A stretch of DNA of 63,557 nucleotides, filler included, from Pelomyxa schiedti (Eukaryota > Protista > Evosea): the NCBI GenBank assembly GCA_020536535.1. It is 6 parts of 6 records of this genome, joined end to end, with 100 filler letters (N's around TTAATTAATTAA, not from the genome) between each part and the next. Parts side by side here need not be neighbours in the genome. Positions count along the whole stretch, not along the records: positions 36,809 to 55,416 come from JAHLWZ010001115.1; positions 55,517 to 60,580 come from JAHLWZ010001527.1; positions 60,681 to 62,236 come from JAHLWZ010002422.1; positions 62,337 to 63,557 come from JAHLWZ010002680.1; 2 more parts are not named here. One strand, 5' to 3'. Position 1 is the stretch's first letter. Each line of letters begins with the position of its first letter. The position numbers and the translations under genes were made by a program. Shown here piece after piece: positions 51,301-63,557 of the stretch. Below the pieces are notes generated by a model. It saw nothing but the letters and a program-made list of their open reading frames with translations, was not told where the DNA came from and did no database searches.

Positions 51301-52944
51301 TTAAGCGTGAATGAAGGTGGGTTGAAGTCTGGCCTTGGTGTTTGCTCAATTCGGCAGTTGTGGCACCTATTATTTGCGATGAGAGAACAAGTCAAAAAAC
51401 ACTAACTAGGGTAAAAATTGGTAGCAGTTACAATAAAAACCAAAGGCAAGTGGCTAAAAAACACATGGACAACATGCAAAGCCGAAGAGGAAGGAATAGA
51501 GAAAAAAACCGAAACTAAAGGAAAAACAAAACAACAACAAACCCTTGTTTCTCCTATATGTGTGCCCCATCACCACCACCGCATGTCAACTTTTTTTTTG
51601 CGTTTTTACGCGTCGAACGAAACGGAAAACGAATTTGCCGGGATTCGTTTTGTCGCTGCGGCAGGGCGCAGTGGTGTTACATCTTTCGTTATTGACAAAA
51701 CGTCAAATAAATTGATGACTGCTGCGAGGGGAGACCATGTCACAAGCCCTGGGAGTGCGCATTCTTTCCCACACAATGAAACATAGGCTCCACCAATTCG
51801 GTGCTTATGCTGTTATTACTATTGCAACGCTTTTGTTCAAGTTACTTTATGTGTGGAACCAGCAATAAGTGGTTAATGAAACGCCAGTATAAGCCAACAA
51901 AGCAACAAATAAATAAATACAAACGAAATGAATAAGCAGAGTTATACATAGCTTGGGATGCTTTGAATTCAAATTCGTATCTGGCATTCCCGCGTTCGTA
52001 TGCCGGAGTCCATCATTTCCACGCTAATCCTTTTTGCAAGATGCATGCCAAAGTGCCAGTTGAAAAGCATGTTGAAGTCTCTCTCCCAGATTCAGACTGG
52101 CAGGTGACTGTGCACACCAGTCCCCCAGAAACGTGTGTGCTCCACTGGTTTTTTTTTTGCCTTAATTGTCACCCAATATTTACCTCCAATCCAGGACTTT
52201 TTCCTTCTGCTCAGCTTTGTCTTGGACGAAACGAAACAGGGTCTTCTCCGGCATTGCATACACCACATCGTTTCTGCATTTCTGGCACCTTGTGGCACTG
52301 CTGTGTTGCTTCTTTTTCTTCTTCTTGTTTGGCCTCACAGACTTTTTATCAGATGTGGAATTTCCAGCTGAGATATTCTGTCTGTCAGCTCCATGTTGGC
52401 CACTTCGATTGGATGCCGACGCTGGTGCCGACTTCGATTGGGTGCCGCGTTGAGGTCCGGGGGCGAAGCTAGAATGAGAGACGAGGAGGTGACGGCCGGT
52501 CACGGCAGAGAGAAGGGTGCACCTGGTGTTGCCGATTCGTTCTGCCAGTCGTTAGGATGGCTGTATGCTCATTGCAGTGATTGGTCTGGATGATCTCCTT
52601 GCACCTGGCTTACAGCTGCCTTGGATGAAGAATGAACATGAATTGTTCCCAGGTGTGCTTCCATTTGCAATAGATGCTTCCTTACTCATGGTGAAGGTAG
52701 AAAAAACTGCTGTTGTTGCCAACTGCTCCTAGCTTGTGCAAGCTTGAATGTTCTAGCATGCTTTGATCTGTGCTGATGGTCCTTCTTGCGTTTTGCCAAA
52801 TCAGGTTCTGCTTGTATCCTTCTTATCAGAATCTGATGCCACCAGGTGCCATTGCCTTGGCGTTGTTCCACTTGCTGCACTCAGCTGATTTGAACAGTGT
52901 CTGCCTTGCAGTATTGCTGCAACAGAGCAACAACAGAAAGCCAA

Positions 52945-53100
52945 GTTGGCGTATCCATACGAATTCTCCTGCTCACAGCTCTTTTGGAACCAGCGAACAG
53001 CCTCCTCTTCGTTCTTTTTGACACCATACCCATCCTTATACATGAGTCCAAGGCATATCTGTGAGCTGGAATGCCCTTTCTCAGAAGCGGCCAAATAGTA
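52945..53100 (-). pseudogene. Sel1-like repeat remnant
   Basis: AASEKGHSSSQICLGLMYKDGYGVKKNEEEAVRWFQKSCEQENSYGYANLAFC fits the Sel1 consensus. Confidence 0.85.
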
Positions 53101-53869
53101 TTTGTGCGCATTTGCTTTTGCAGGTATATGCAATTGAGTATATATTGATCTGACTTGCGCATTACAGTGTCCAGAGTTTGTGCAGATGCTTGGAAATGAT
53201 GCGTTGGTTCGCCTCGGAATGTTCTTGCTCATGGCGGTCCTAGCTCTCGTTGCTGAACTTCATCAGATTCTTGGCAAATAACAAGTGTGTTCGGTTCCTC
53301 AGAGCTTTCTTCTAACTCAAGAGATAGGTCCGATTTGACAGCGACATCGTTCTGAGCAATTTCCTTGTCTGGTGAACATATGCGAATTGTGGCTTCCTTG
53401 CCTTGGTTTCCTTGCTGGCGTTTTCGCATTTCCCATGCTTCCAGGTGCCTCCTGTGTGTGCAGTGACGTTCTCGCGCATTTGCGCCTATGCTGTGCGCCG
53501 ACTTGGCGTCAGAATTTCCACAAATTCCTCAGGTTGTTCATGTTGCACTGCCTCCAATTTGAACAAGGTAACACCAAACTGGACAAGGCGACCTCCATTT
53601 TCGTTCAACAATTCCAATGCTGTTTTTCAGTGCAGCGATTTCCATGTTGGAGTGCCTGCAGGGGAGCAAAGTGCGCGCATTTTTCCCATTATCACCTCCT
53701 GTAGGCCAACTAACAATTAGGTCTCACAGATAAGTCCTGGCCATGATAGCTATGAGATGTCAGGGAGCCTGATACAGTTTGAGCTTTGCTCAGCTCCACA
53801 GCACGTCGTTCAAGCACTGCATTCTTCGCTTTCTTTCGTTTGAAGAAGATCTCTGAGTCTCGGAAATTG

Positions 53870-54950
53870 ATGTCGTCGTACTCATCAGAAGACGAGTCGC
53901 CGTCACCGCCAACTGACACCGCAGCAGCGCCACCGAGGGCCGAAGAAACGACGAGGCCGTGGCATCTCTCATGGCTGGGATCGGTTTCCCTGGTGTGGGG
54001 CCTCAGGGCCCGCTACCAGGTGCTTCAGCTGGCCATCGCCACGTGCTCCCTGCGGTGCGGCGCCAACTCATCCGCGAGGATTATGGGAGGAGGAGGAGGC
54101 GGAGGCGGAGGCGCCCACCTCGTGGCGCAGATCTGGCGCAACTGGGTGATCGGGGCAAAGAGGGTGTTCGTAATTGTGGGTCACGCATCTAAAGGGCGGG
54201 CACCAGGTGGCTGGGGAGCGAGGGTCCGGGTGATTGTGTCACCGATCCTGCTTGGCCTGATCGATGCAGGTGCCGAGGGCGACAACGAGCTCTGGTGCGA
54301 GTCCAACCACGTGCACCCCGAAGACACAGGGCGGCCCAGCAAAGACGCGATGGTCCGGATGCCTGGGGCCCAGTGCTGGCATGAGAGCGGCGAATGCAGG
54401 GCAGAGAGCGACGACTGGTCGCTATCCTGGCACAGGCGACGACTGCTTGTTGCCAGTGTTTATTTTAGTTGATCTGGGTGGTGAAAGGTTCTTCCAGTGG
54501 ACGCATCGCACAGCATCACGTGTCAGTGTCTCCAGCCAAAACAAGCTCGAGGCTGCAAGGGTCCATAAGTATTCAAATGTTGTTTCTTCTTTTCACTTGT
54601 TGTTGGTAGAGGCATCGATTAGCTCGCGCAATGATGTAAGCTTACTGTGTGTCAGAAGAAGTAGGAGGAGTTGCCAGACAGATCAGCACTTTTCCAACCA
54701 GGGGCAAAGAACTCGATGCTGGCGATGGCTATGCATGGTTTCCACATGTGGATATGTTAACCAAGAGCTCTCTCCCCCCAACGAACAGAAAGCCACCAGT
54801 GATGCTACTGTCAACATCTGTGATGCTGATGGTGCTCTTGTGTTATTGCGGCCCCATACCTTCAGAACCCACATCTCTTTCCAGTTGCCGGCAACAAACA
54901 AACGATGCCTGCCAAGGCGCAATTTCCACTGGGAACTAGTGACTTGTTGA
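53870..54950 (+). CDS. PRCG-family protein, frame-interrupted near 54470
   Basis: RPWHLSWLG...ARYQVLQLAIATCSLRCGANSSARIM...AQIWRNWVIGAKRVFVI. Confidence 0.7.
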
Positions 54951-55059
54951 GCCCCATTCACACATAAGTTTGCCATTTTCACTGACAATGGCATCCTTTC
55001 CTCGATCTCGTCATCATGATAATATACCTACCCTCCCATCCTCCCTCCAGAGTTCCTTG

Positions 55060-55275
55060 TTGCCACCACCACCACCCAACGCACCCACTTCAATCACTCC
55101 CAATGACAACATTGACACCAACCCTCATCCTTACATCGAAGGCACCTGCCACGGTTTGATCAGGCCTCAGAGCACGTCCATGCAAGACAAAGACCCTCTT
55201 GGTTCCAAGCACCCAGTCCCTCCACAACTTTTCTGCCACGTGGCCGCCAATGACCCTCGCGCTGGGATCCCCCTT
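55060..55275 (-). pseudogene. PRCG-family fragment
   Basis: PARVIGGHVAEKLWRDWVLGTKRVFVLHG. Confidence 0.65.
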
Positions 55276-56501
55276 GATTGTTTTTTTTTCATCAGTACAC
55301 CGGGGGGCAAGTCAAATGAGAAAAACAGAATTTTTTAGTGAGCAAGGCAGGGTGAAGCGGTCCGATTTTGCCGGGATTTGTTGATGTTTTGTGCCGCGGG
55401 GCGGTTGCCGCGGCGCNNNNNNNNNNNNNNNNNNNNNNNNNNNNNNNNNNNNNNNNNNNNTTAATTAATTAANNNNNNNNNNNNNNNNNNNNNNNNNNNN
55501 NNNNNNNNNNNNNNNNTGGCTGTTGCTGAGGAACAGCTTGTGCTTGCTTTTCTTTGATAGAAGCCACAGCTGTTTTTGTTGTTTCCATGTTTCCAGTTTT
55601 TGCATGTTAGCTTCTGTGGGAAGAGAATAAAGCCCCACAGAGGGAAAAGAACAAAAGAGAGTAAGAGTGTAAGGGTTCTCTTGCTTGTTCTCATGCTTGG
55701 GTTGCACGTGTGAAAAGGATAATTAATTTTGAGAAATCCCCAGATATGGTCTAAGCAGCTAAAAAAGAAAAAAAAATTGTGGCTCTTGGTGGTGGTGTCA
55801 CAGAAGGTCCTTTTTGAACACCACATGTTTGTAGGGGTTGTATGTCATCATCTCTTAGAAGTGGTGGAGCTATTGGTACCAACACAGCAAGAGGAACTGT
55901 TTTAGTGGGGGAAGTTGAAATTCCACAAGGGGTAATCTCTTCTCTGGTGGTGCAAAACCATGCATTTTATGCAACAACTCAGAAAGTAAACTCTGCTCTT
56001 CAGTGACAAGACAACAACTTTTTTTCAGCTGCTTTCAGCTGGTCATATGACCAGGTTGATGCATAAAATGTATAGTCTTGCTTCACCAGAGAAGAGATTA
56101 CCCCTTGTGGATGTGTGTTAGACCTCAAAACCATCATGTCACAACTTCTTATGCACTACCACATACCACAACAGCTTGCCCACAATCAAACAGGTTTTTT
56201 GAAAGGAGAATGATACAATCTGGTCCGGGTGCCAGAAAATTGTACTTTTTTTTTCCAGCACCCGTCCAGTTACCACCACTTTTTGGGTTTCCTCAGTCCC
56301 AGTGCCTCCTTTTTCACTGGGAACCAAGGGAAACACTGCTCACAGCTCTGTACTACCTTCTCCCCCTGGTTCGACACGATTTTGACACCATCCGGACCAG
56401 ATCCAGAATTTTCTTGTGTTTTTTGGGTAGAGTTGGTTTGACCCCCAACTTTTAAAAATGACTTGGGGCAAATCACCTTCAACGAAATTCATCTTTCTCT
56501 G

Positions 56502-58698
56502 ATGGACGAGAGCACAACCACGCCACGAGAGAAGGGTTCGGTTGTGCGCGTGCGCGCGCCCACAATGACCGAGAAACAACAACAACGCAACATGATTCTC
56601 ACGATCTCACGTGTCGCGTGGGACTACGCCCTCGCCCCCGTCCTCACCCGCACCCACGACATGCTGACCCGCGACGACGTCGTGTGGGCATTCGGGGTCA
56701 CCAACGCGCTGTTCCCCCTCGTGGTGCTCGTGTGCAAGGCCGTCGCCGACGCACCCGCCGTGCTCAAGTACCCCGGCGATACCATCGAGGAGCCGCACTC
56801 GAAGCACTGGGACGTGAAGTGCGCGGGGCTGGCGGGGAGCCCGTCGTGCATCTCTTGGATCCTGAGGCACAAGTCCAAGAGGAACAACACGAGGGAGTGC
56901 CTCAGCGTGCTCTGGGGTCTGTGCGGCGGTGGTCACCTTGAAATGGCGAAGCAACTGGTCGACGCGGGAAGGAGTTATGGGCGTGGCGGCGGTGCCGGCG
57001 ACGCGGATCTGGCGTGGTGGGTGAGGGGATCGGGGTTGGTGTGGCCTGTTGGTGAGGGAAATTTGAGGGATGAGGTCAGAGCAATTGAAATAATCGATGA
57101 TGGGCAGAATGACGTCACGTTGATGTCAGAGGTGTGCAGGGGTGGTCATTTGGAGACTGCAAAGTGGGTTGTTTCAAAGTTCAGGATCAGAGAGAGTTGG
57201 GAACTGGCTGCCCCTTTTGTTGCTGCTGTTGCTGGTGGCAAAATGGAGGTGGCCCAGTGGTTGCTTGGCTCGTTTGGGGTTGGCTGGGCCATCAACATCC
57301 TTGGGTTTGATTACCCTGTGGAGGAGTTCTATTTTGGGGGAAACTTGGAGATGCTCAAGTGGTTGCTTGATGTTTTCCCTGAGACCTGGGCGTTGGAAGA
57401 AGGGAGCAAAGCGCGCTCACCTGTGCCACTTGCTGTGTGCGTAATGAACAACCACAAGTTGACACTGAAGGAACGAATCGAGGCTTTCCAGTGGCTGAAA
57501 TCCCGATTTCACTTTGATCAACAAGCAATCCAAGTCATTTATTCTTGGACAGAAAGAGTTGAATCACTCAAGTGGTTGATGGAGACCCACGGTGCACAAC
57601 CAACAGGGACAACTATGTCGCAGTGGTGGTGGGAACCAGAGGGTGTTGAGTCTGTTGAGTGGCTTGTTGAGCACTTCCCAATGGCAGTCACACCCACCAC
57701 TTTTGTTGAAGCATGTGCAAACATCAAGGATGACCTACACTGCATACAGTTGCTGTCGCAGGGTGTTGATCTCACACCAACCATCACAGAGAAAGCCCTT
57801 CTATGTGCACTGAGACATTGCAGAGTCCAGGTTGCAAACTGGTTGGAAGCAACATTCCATGTGATGGAAAAGAATGTGGGAGCAGATCCAGAGAAAGCAA
57901 ATTCCACTCTGATTGACTTGTGCAAGTCCTACGAACACCCCCGTGACACAAGGGGTATAAAGTGGTTATTTCAGCACATCCCAGTGAGTACTATTGAGGA
58001 GAGTACCGTTTCAACAGTACTGTGCCACTCACGTTCCTCGGTCTTGTCTTTCTTGATGAGCCTCTTCAATATTTCTGGTTTAACCCACAGTGATGACAAC
58101 ATAAATAAAATCGTGGAAACCACTCTCACCCATGGTTGGAACCCTCTCATTGCTCAGATCATTTCTCAGGGATATCTCAAATACTACCATGTTACATTCT
58201 ATCATGGAGTGATCAATTGTAGCAAAGCATTCAAACGCCTCTTTGATGAGTTGCATATTGCTGAGACACATTTCAGCACACATATGGTTCTTTTAGAACT
58301 GGTTAATACTGGACACACAGGCTTGACAGAGTGGTTTATCAAACGTGTTAATGTAACTTCTGATCAGGTTTACCCACCCCCTTCCTGTCTTCACCTAAAA
58401 AAAAAAAAAATACAACACATAGCTGCCAGAGACTACACCTGTGTCCTTCCAAATGTGGAAAATGTTGCTGCATGTGTTTCCAGATATGACAGGCCAGAAG
58501 CTTCTTACAGGCAACCTTAGGTTTGCACTAGTGTTGTCCCCAACCCACGCTGAGCATGCAATGAGGAACCATGGCATAACACTTGCAGGAATCACACCAC
58601 TACTCCTGGATCTGCTGCCATCACCGATACTTAACCCATTGCCTGAAACCAGGCTCTGGGCACGCCAGTGGCTTTCCAGTACAAAAAAACTACTGTAG
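56502..58698 (+). CDS. Ankyrin-like repeat protein, tandem copy 1 (intron ~58368-58422)
   Basis: Repeated CxGGHLExAKW / GNLEMLKWL motifs. The final exon ends ...STKKLL*. Confidence 0.8.
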
Positions 58699-58776
58699 CA
58701 TCTCGTTGAGAGGTGGTCTGGAAAACTTTAAGCTGAACATCAGGACTTTTCAGGGAAATCACAATCGACGAACAAG

Positions 58777-60580
58777 ATGAACGAGACCGCGGCGCGAGAG
58801 AAGGGTTCGGCTGTGCGCGTGTGCGCGCCCACAATGACCGAGAAACAACAACAACGCAACATGATTCTCGCGATCTCGCGTGTCGCGTGGGACTACGCCC
58901 TCGCCCCCGTCCTCACCCGCACCCACGACATGCTGACCCGCGACGACGTCGTGTGGGCATTCGGGGTCACCAACGCGCTGTTCCCCCTCGTGGCCCTCGT
59001 GTGCAAGGCCGTCGCCGACGCCCCAGCCGTGCTCAAGTACCCCGGCGATACCATCGAGGAGCCGCACTCGAAGCACTGGGACGTGAGGTGCGCGGGGCTG
59101 GCGGGGAGCCCGTCGTGCATCTCTTGGATCCTGAGGCACAAGTCCAAGAGGAACAACACGAGGGAGTGCCTCAGCGTGCTCTGGGGTCTGTGCGGCGGTG
59201 GCCACCTTGAAATGGCGAAGCAACTGGTCGACGCGGGAAGGGGTTATGGGCCGCGGGGAGAGGGGAGTTTGGCGTGGTGGGTGAGGGGATCGGGGCTGGT
59301 GTGGCCTGTTGGTGAGGGTAATTTGAGGGATGAGGTCAGAGCAATTGAAATAATTGATCAGGCGGTGGATGACACATTGATGTCAGAGGTGTGCAGGGGT
59401 GGCCACTTGGAGACTGCAAAGTGGGTTGTTTCAAAGTTCAGGATCAGAGAGAGTTGGGAACTTGCTGCCCCTTTTGCTGCTGCCGTTGCTGGTGGCAAAA
59501 TGGAGGTGGCCCAGTGGTTGTTTGGATCGTTTGGGGTTGGCTGGGCCATCAACATCCTTGGGTTTGATTACCCTGTTGGGGATTTCTTTTTTGGGGGAAA
59601 CTTGGAGATGCTCAAGTGGTTGCTTGATGTTTTCCCTGAGACCTGGGCTTTGGGAGAAGGGAATGAAGGTCGCTCAGCTCTCGACGATTTTGCTTTCAGT
59701 GTCATTAACAACAGGAAATTGACACCGAAGGAACGAATCGAGGCCTTTCAGTGGCTAAAGTCCCACTTCCACTTTGATCAACAAGCAGTCCAACGTGTTG
59801 CTGATGGTACAGAAAGAGTGGAATCACTCAAGTGGTTGATGGAGACCCACAGTGCACAACCAACAGACAAGAATATGATGTGGTGGTGGAGAGAGCCAGA
59901 GGGGGTTGAGGCTGCCGAGTGGCTTGTTGAGCACTTCCCAATGTCAATCACGCCAGCCACTTTTATTGCAACCTGTGCCAACGTCAAAGATGACTTGCAC
60001 TGTGTGAAGGTTCTGTCGCAGGGTGTTGATCTCACACCGGCCGTCACAGAGAAAGCTCTTGTCAAGGCGCTGACATTCAGCAATATCAAAGTTGCAAACT
60101 GGTTGGAAGCAACCTTCCATGTGATGCAGAAGGTGGGAGCAGACACAGGAAAAGCAAATTCCACTCTGATTGAGCTCTGTAAGGTCTACCACAACCACAG
60201 TGACACCAGTTCTATAAAGTGGTTCTTCCAGCACATCCCAGTGAGTATTATTGAGGAGCGCACAGTTTCAACAGCACTGTGCTATTCACGTTCCTCGGTC
60301 TTGTCTTTCTTGATGAGCCTCTTCAATATTTCTGGTTTAACCCACAGTGATGACAACATAAATAAAATCGTGGAAGCCACTCTCTCAAATGGTTGGAACC
60401 CACTCATTGCTCAGATCATTTCTCTAAAGGTTCTCTCACCCCTTCACGTTGTTACGTGCCTTGGATCATTTCCTGGAGATTTCCGTTGCACAAAAGTAAT
60501 CAAACGCTTGTGTTATGAGGCAAATGTAACTGAGGAACATGGCAGCAAAGAGCATCTCATTAATGTCGTGTTTTACTCTG
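58777..60580 (+). CDS. Ankyrin-like repeat protein, tandem copy 2 (cut by contig end)
   Basis: Paralogue of the 56502 gene with a nearly identical 5' part. Confidence 0.8.
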
Positions 60581-60749
60581 NNNNNNNNNNNNNNNNNNNN
60601 NNNNNNNNNNNNNNNNNNNNNNNNTTAATTAATTAANNNNNNNNNNNNNNNNNNNNNNNNNNNNNNNNNNNNNNNNNNNNCAATATTGTCCAATAAAGTA
60701 CCCGAAGGGTGCGGCAACGCAGAGGGACCGTGGATCTAGATCCAACCGC

Positions 60750-61599
60750 ATGGACCCATTCTTGTTGAGTGACGACGATCTCGGTGACTTGGACTTTCCT
60801 CCCAGTAACAGTGGCGTCGTTGTGGGTGGCTCCGACGCGAATGTTGCCGACGCAGCAGATACGTCCGCGGGAGACCTTCTGGACGACGCATCGAACTTTG
60901 ACATTACGCCGAATAAAACGTCCGCAAATTACCAACTTGCTCCGACGACGAGCACCACTTCTACGACGACAACCACGTCTGGAGCGGCAGACAATGATGA
61001 TTCTGTTGTGGCAGATGAAGAAGCGAAGAAAACCAAGGAGGAGGAACTCAAGGCCACCATCCACTACGATTTGGCGAATTACGTGAGATCGCAAAACAAG
61101 AAGTTTGAGGTACCGCCCACACTATGTGCGCCACGAGACTCAATTCTGTCCCGAAAACACGAGAATTTTACACCTCACTCGCACTCCTGCTTCAGTGAGC
61201 CTCATTCGTCGTGTTTAAAAAGCCACATACAAAAAAAAATAGATGACCCCGCACACTGTCGCCTCCCTGAGCGAAGTTGTCTACGAGTACATTGTCAGCC
61301 ATGCTACTGATGTCATGTATTTTGCAACACATGCCAAGCGGACCACAGGAAGGGCTGCAGACGTTCTCCTTTGCACACGAAAGAACCCACAGCTCCAATC
61401 ACAGATTTCCGCTTTTATATCTGAATGTGAATCCCACAAACATGCCAAGAGACCTCGCACTGTCACACCTCGTGCCCCTCGCGGCGGAGCCGCATCCCTA
61501 CTGAAACAAGGTAGGGGCAAGGCCCAGTCTGACGGCTTGGACGGCGCTAAACCGACAAAGAAGACCACAAGGAAAAGGCCGCCACCAAAGGACTCCTGA
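60750..61599 (+). CDS. CENPS: CENP-S/MHF1 histone-fold protein (intron 61110-61242)
   Basis: LKATIHYDLANYV...SLSEVVYEYIVSHATDVMYFATHAKRTTGRAADVLLCTRKNPQL, followed by a basic C-terminal tail. Confidence 0.85.
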
Positions 61600-62378
61600 C
61601 CACCAAACAACTACATGATGACCCCATCCTATCTCGTGCCACGGCCCCTCGTGTAACAGAACCCCCCAATATCCAGCTTTGTCAAAGTGCACCCAACCAC
61701 TACACTTCAACGAATACGTTTCAGAAGCCTTCACCCCACCAAAGGGACCAACACCTTTGACAACACCAAGCACCCCACAAATACCAGAAAACTAAGTTGT
61801 TTCCTTTCCACAACGGGAAAAAAAACGGCTTTCATCAATGGACAAGAAGGAAGTGACCGCACAAATAACGTGCCCGTGTTGCTCCTCGTTCCTCCGTGAC
61901 CCAAGGTGAGCAACTCCCGTTCCAAAATTTTAAAAGTTCTTCCATCACCCCCACGCACGACGCCCCAGGCTGCTGCCGTGTTTGCACAGTTTGTGCCTCG
62001 AGTGCGTCACCAGGTGTTCGCGAGGGGAGCTCCCCTCGGCGCCGAACTCCGCCACATCGTCGTCACTGACGTGCCCTGTGTGCCAATTCCAGGTCCCTCT
62101 GCGTGCCTTTACTTGACGAAAAATAAACCAACAGTCACAAAAAAACACACCACAACCTGTCGACAGGCCGCAATTCCGCAAGGGGGGTTCCCAGTGGACC
62201 TTTGGAAGCGCCACCTGTTGGACCTGGCTCCACTTGNNNNNNNNNNNNNNNNNNNNNNNNNNNNNNNNNNNNNNNNNNNNTTAATTAATTAANNNNNNNN
62301 NNNNNNNNNNNNNNNNNNNNNNNNNNNNNNNNNNNNACCTCTTGATGCACAAAAAAAACCCATGACAAAAACACAGAG

Positions 62379-63557
62379 ATGAAAGTGAGAATGACACCTG
62401 TTTTGACCATCAACGAGTCAGACTTGAAATTTGTTTCTCCCTTGGGGATTGGAAGTTACGGGACAGTGGTCAAGTGCATGCACACACCCTCTGGAAGAGA
62501 AGTTGCTGTGAAAACACTTCATGACATCATCAGTTCTGAGAGAAATGTTGTGAGTTTCATGCTTGAGGCTGAGGTATTTCGTACCTAGGTTCCCAATTTG
62601 TAAAAATAAATACATGCAGATTGTGAGTGCATTGAGGCATCCCAACATCGTGGAATGCATTGGAACATCGACAACTGGCACTGGGAAACTCCAGATTGTG
62701 TCTGAGCTCTTGTGTTGCAGCCTCAGGCAACTTATGGCACAGGTTTGATGATTATTTAATTCACCAATACACCACCAATCCAAAAAGAAACGACTGAGCA
62801 TCAAGGAAGTTTCAGCCATTGCATTTAATGTTGCCAAGGGAATGGACAGCCTCCACAGGTCCATGTATTTTTGCTGGCACAACACTCAAATACACACAGG
62901 CAAAACTTCATGCACAGGGATCTGAGCAGCAACAATGTACTTTTTGATGCCAATGGTGTTCCGAAGATTTGTGATTTTGGTATGATTGTCGAATGATGTC
63001 CTCTGAATGATACACCAGGTGTGTCACAAGCCATGGACTCACAAGGGACAACAACACTGATGACTCAAGGTACCAACAGAACCATTGGGCCTGGAACACC
63101 TTTTTACATGGCTCCCCAGATGTCAACTGCACATTACTCCATCAAAGGTTGAGTGGTTTCATTTTTCTTGCTTGAATCCAAAAAAACACTCTCAGGGGAC
63201 ATGTAGGGGTTTGGAATACTGATGACTGAGATGCTCAATGGTGCCATTGTTGATTCCCCCTTTGACAGCCTCCAGGAGCTCCACTTACAGGCCGAATTCA
63301 TGAACGAACAGAGGAGATTGCTTTCATCCCAAGAAGTAGAAGGTTTCTTCCTTCTTTTTTTCCTGTACTTTGTGTTGCTAAATTAAAACAGAGGTGAACA
63401 AACTTTGTCGGGAGTCAAGGGAATCGTTCATTGGAAGCTTCCTGAGCAGGAGGAATGCTTCCATTGATGCTGTTAACCACCTCACTCACTCCCCTGATTC
63501 CCCACTGCTTCAGTTGACAAATGGAACAGCCCAACCAACAGCAGTGGCAGACCTCAT
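62379..63557 (+). pseudogene. TKL-group protein kinase, multi-intron, with an in-frame TAG; runs off the window
   Basis: LGIGSYGTV, VAVK, LRHPNIV, HRDLSSNNVL, KICDFG and GTPFYMAPQ. DM*GFG has TAG at 63204-63206 replacing the conserved Trp. Confidence 0.85.

Overview
Eukaryotic genomic DNA with short GT-AG introns (about 40-130 nt). It is six separate contigs or scaffolds joined by artificial N-TTAATTAATTAA-N linkers, plus one N100 gap, so adjacency across linkers means nothing. The gene families and intron style look amoebozoan, resembling Pelomyxa-type archamoebae (my recollection, not a database result). The most striking feature is a ~10.9-kb minus-strand gene (25343-36263, ~3,600 aa once spliced). 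It joins a P/Q-rich arm, a Cys-containing module, a SPRY-like domain, a long beta-rich region, a TRAF-like zinc-finger array, a URGCP/GVIN1 (VLIG)-type region with a degenerate P-loop, and an AIG1-like GTPase ending in a CaaX box. The window also holds about eight members of an expanded 'PRCG' helical-adaptor/beta-rich family, a ClpB/Hsp100 pseudogene, four damaged protein kinase genes and an F-box-like/Ras fusion. Other features are a CENP-S/MHF1 gene, two tandem ankyrin-like paralogues, decayed Sel1-repeat genes, a truncated Ty3/Gypsy element, L1-like remnants and several inverted-repeat elements. Many genes carry stops or frameshifts, which could be real decay or assembly error.
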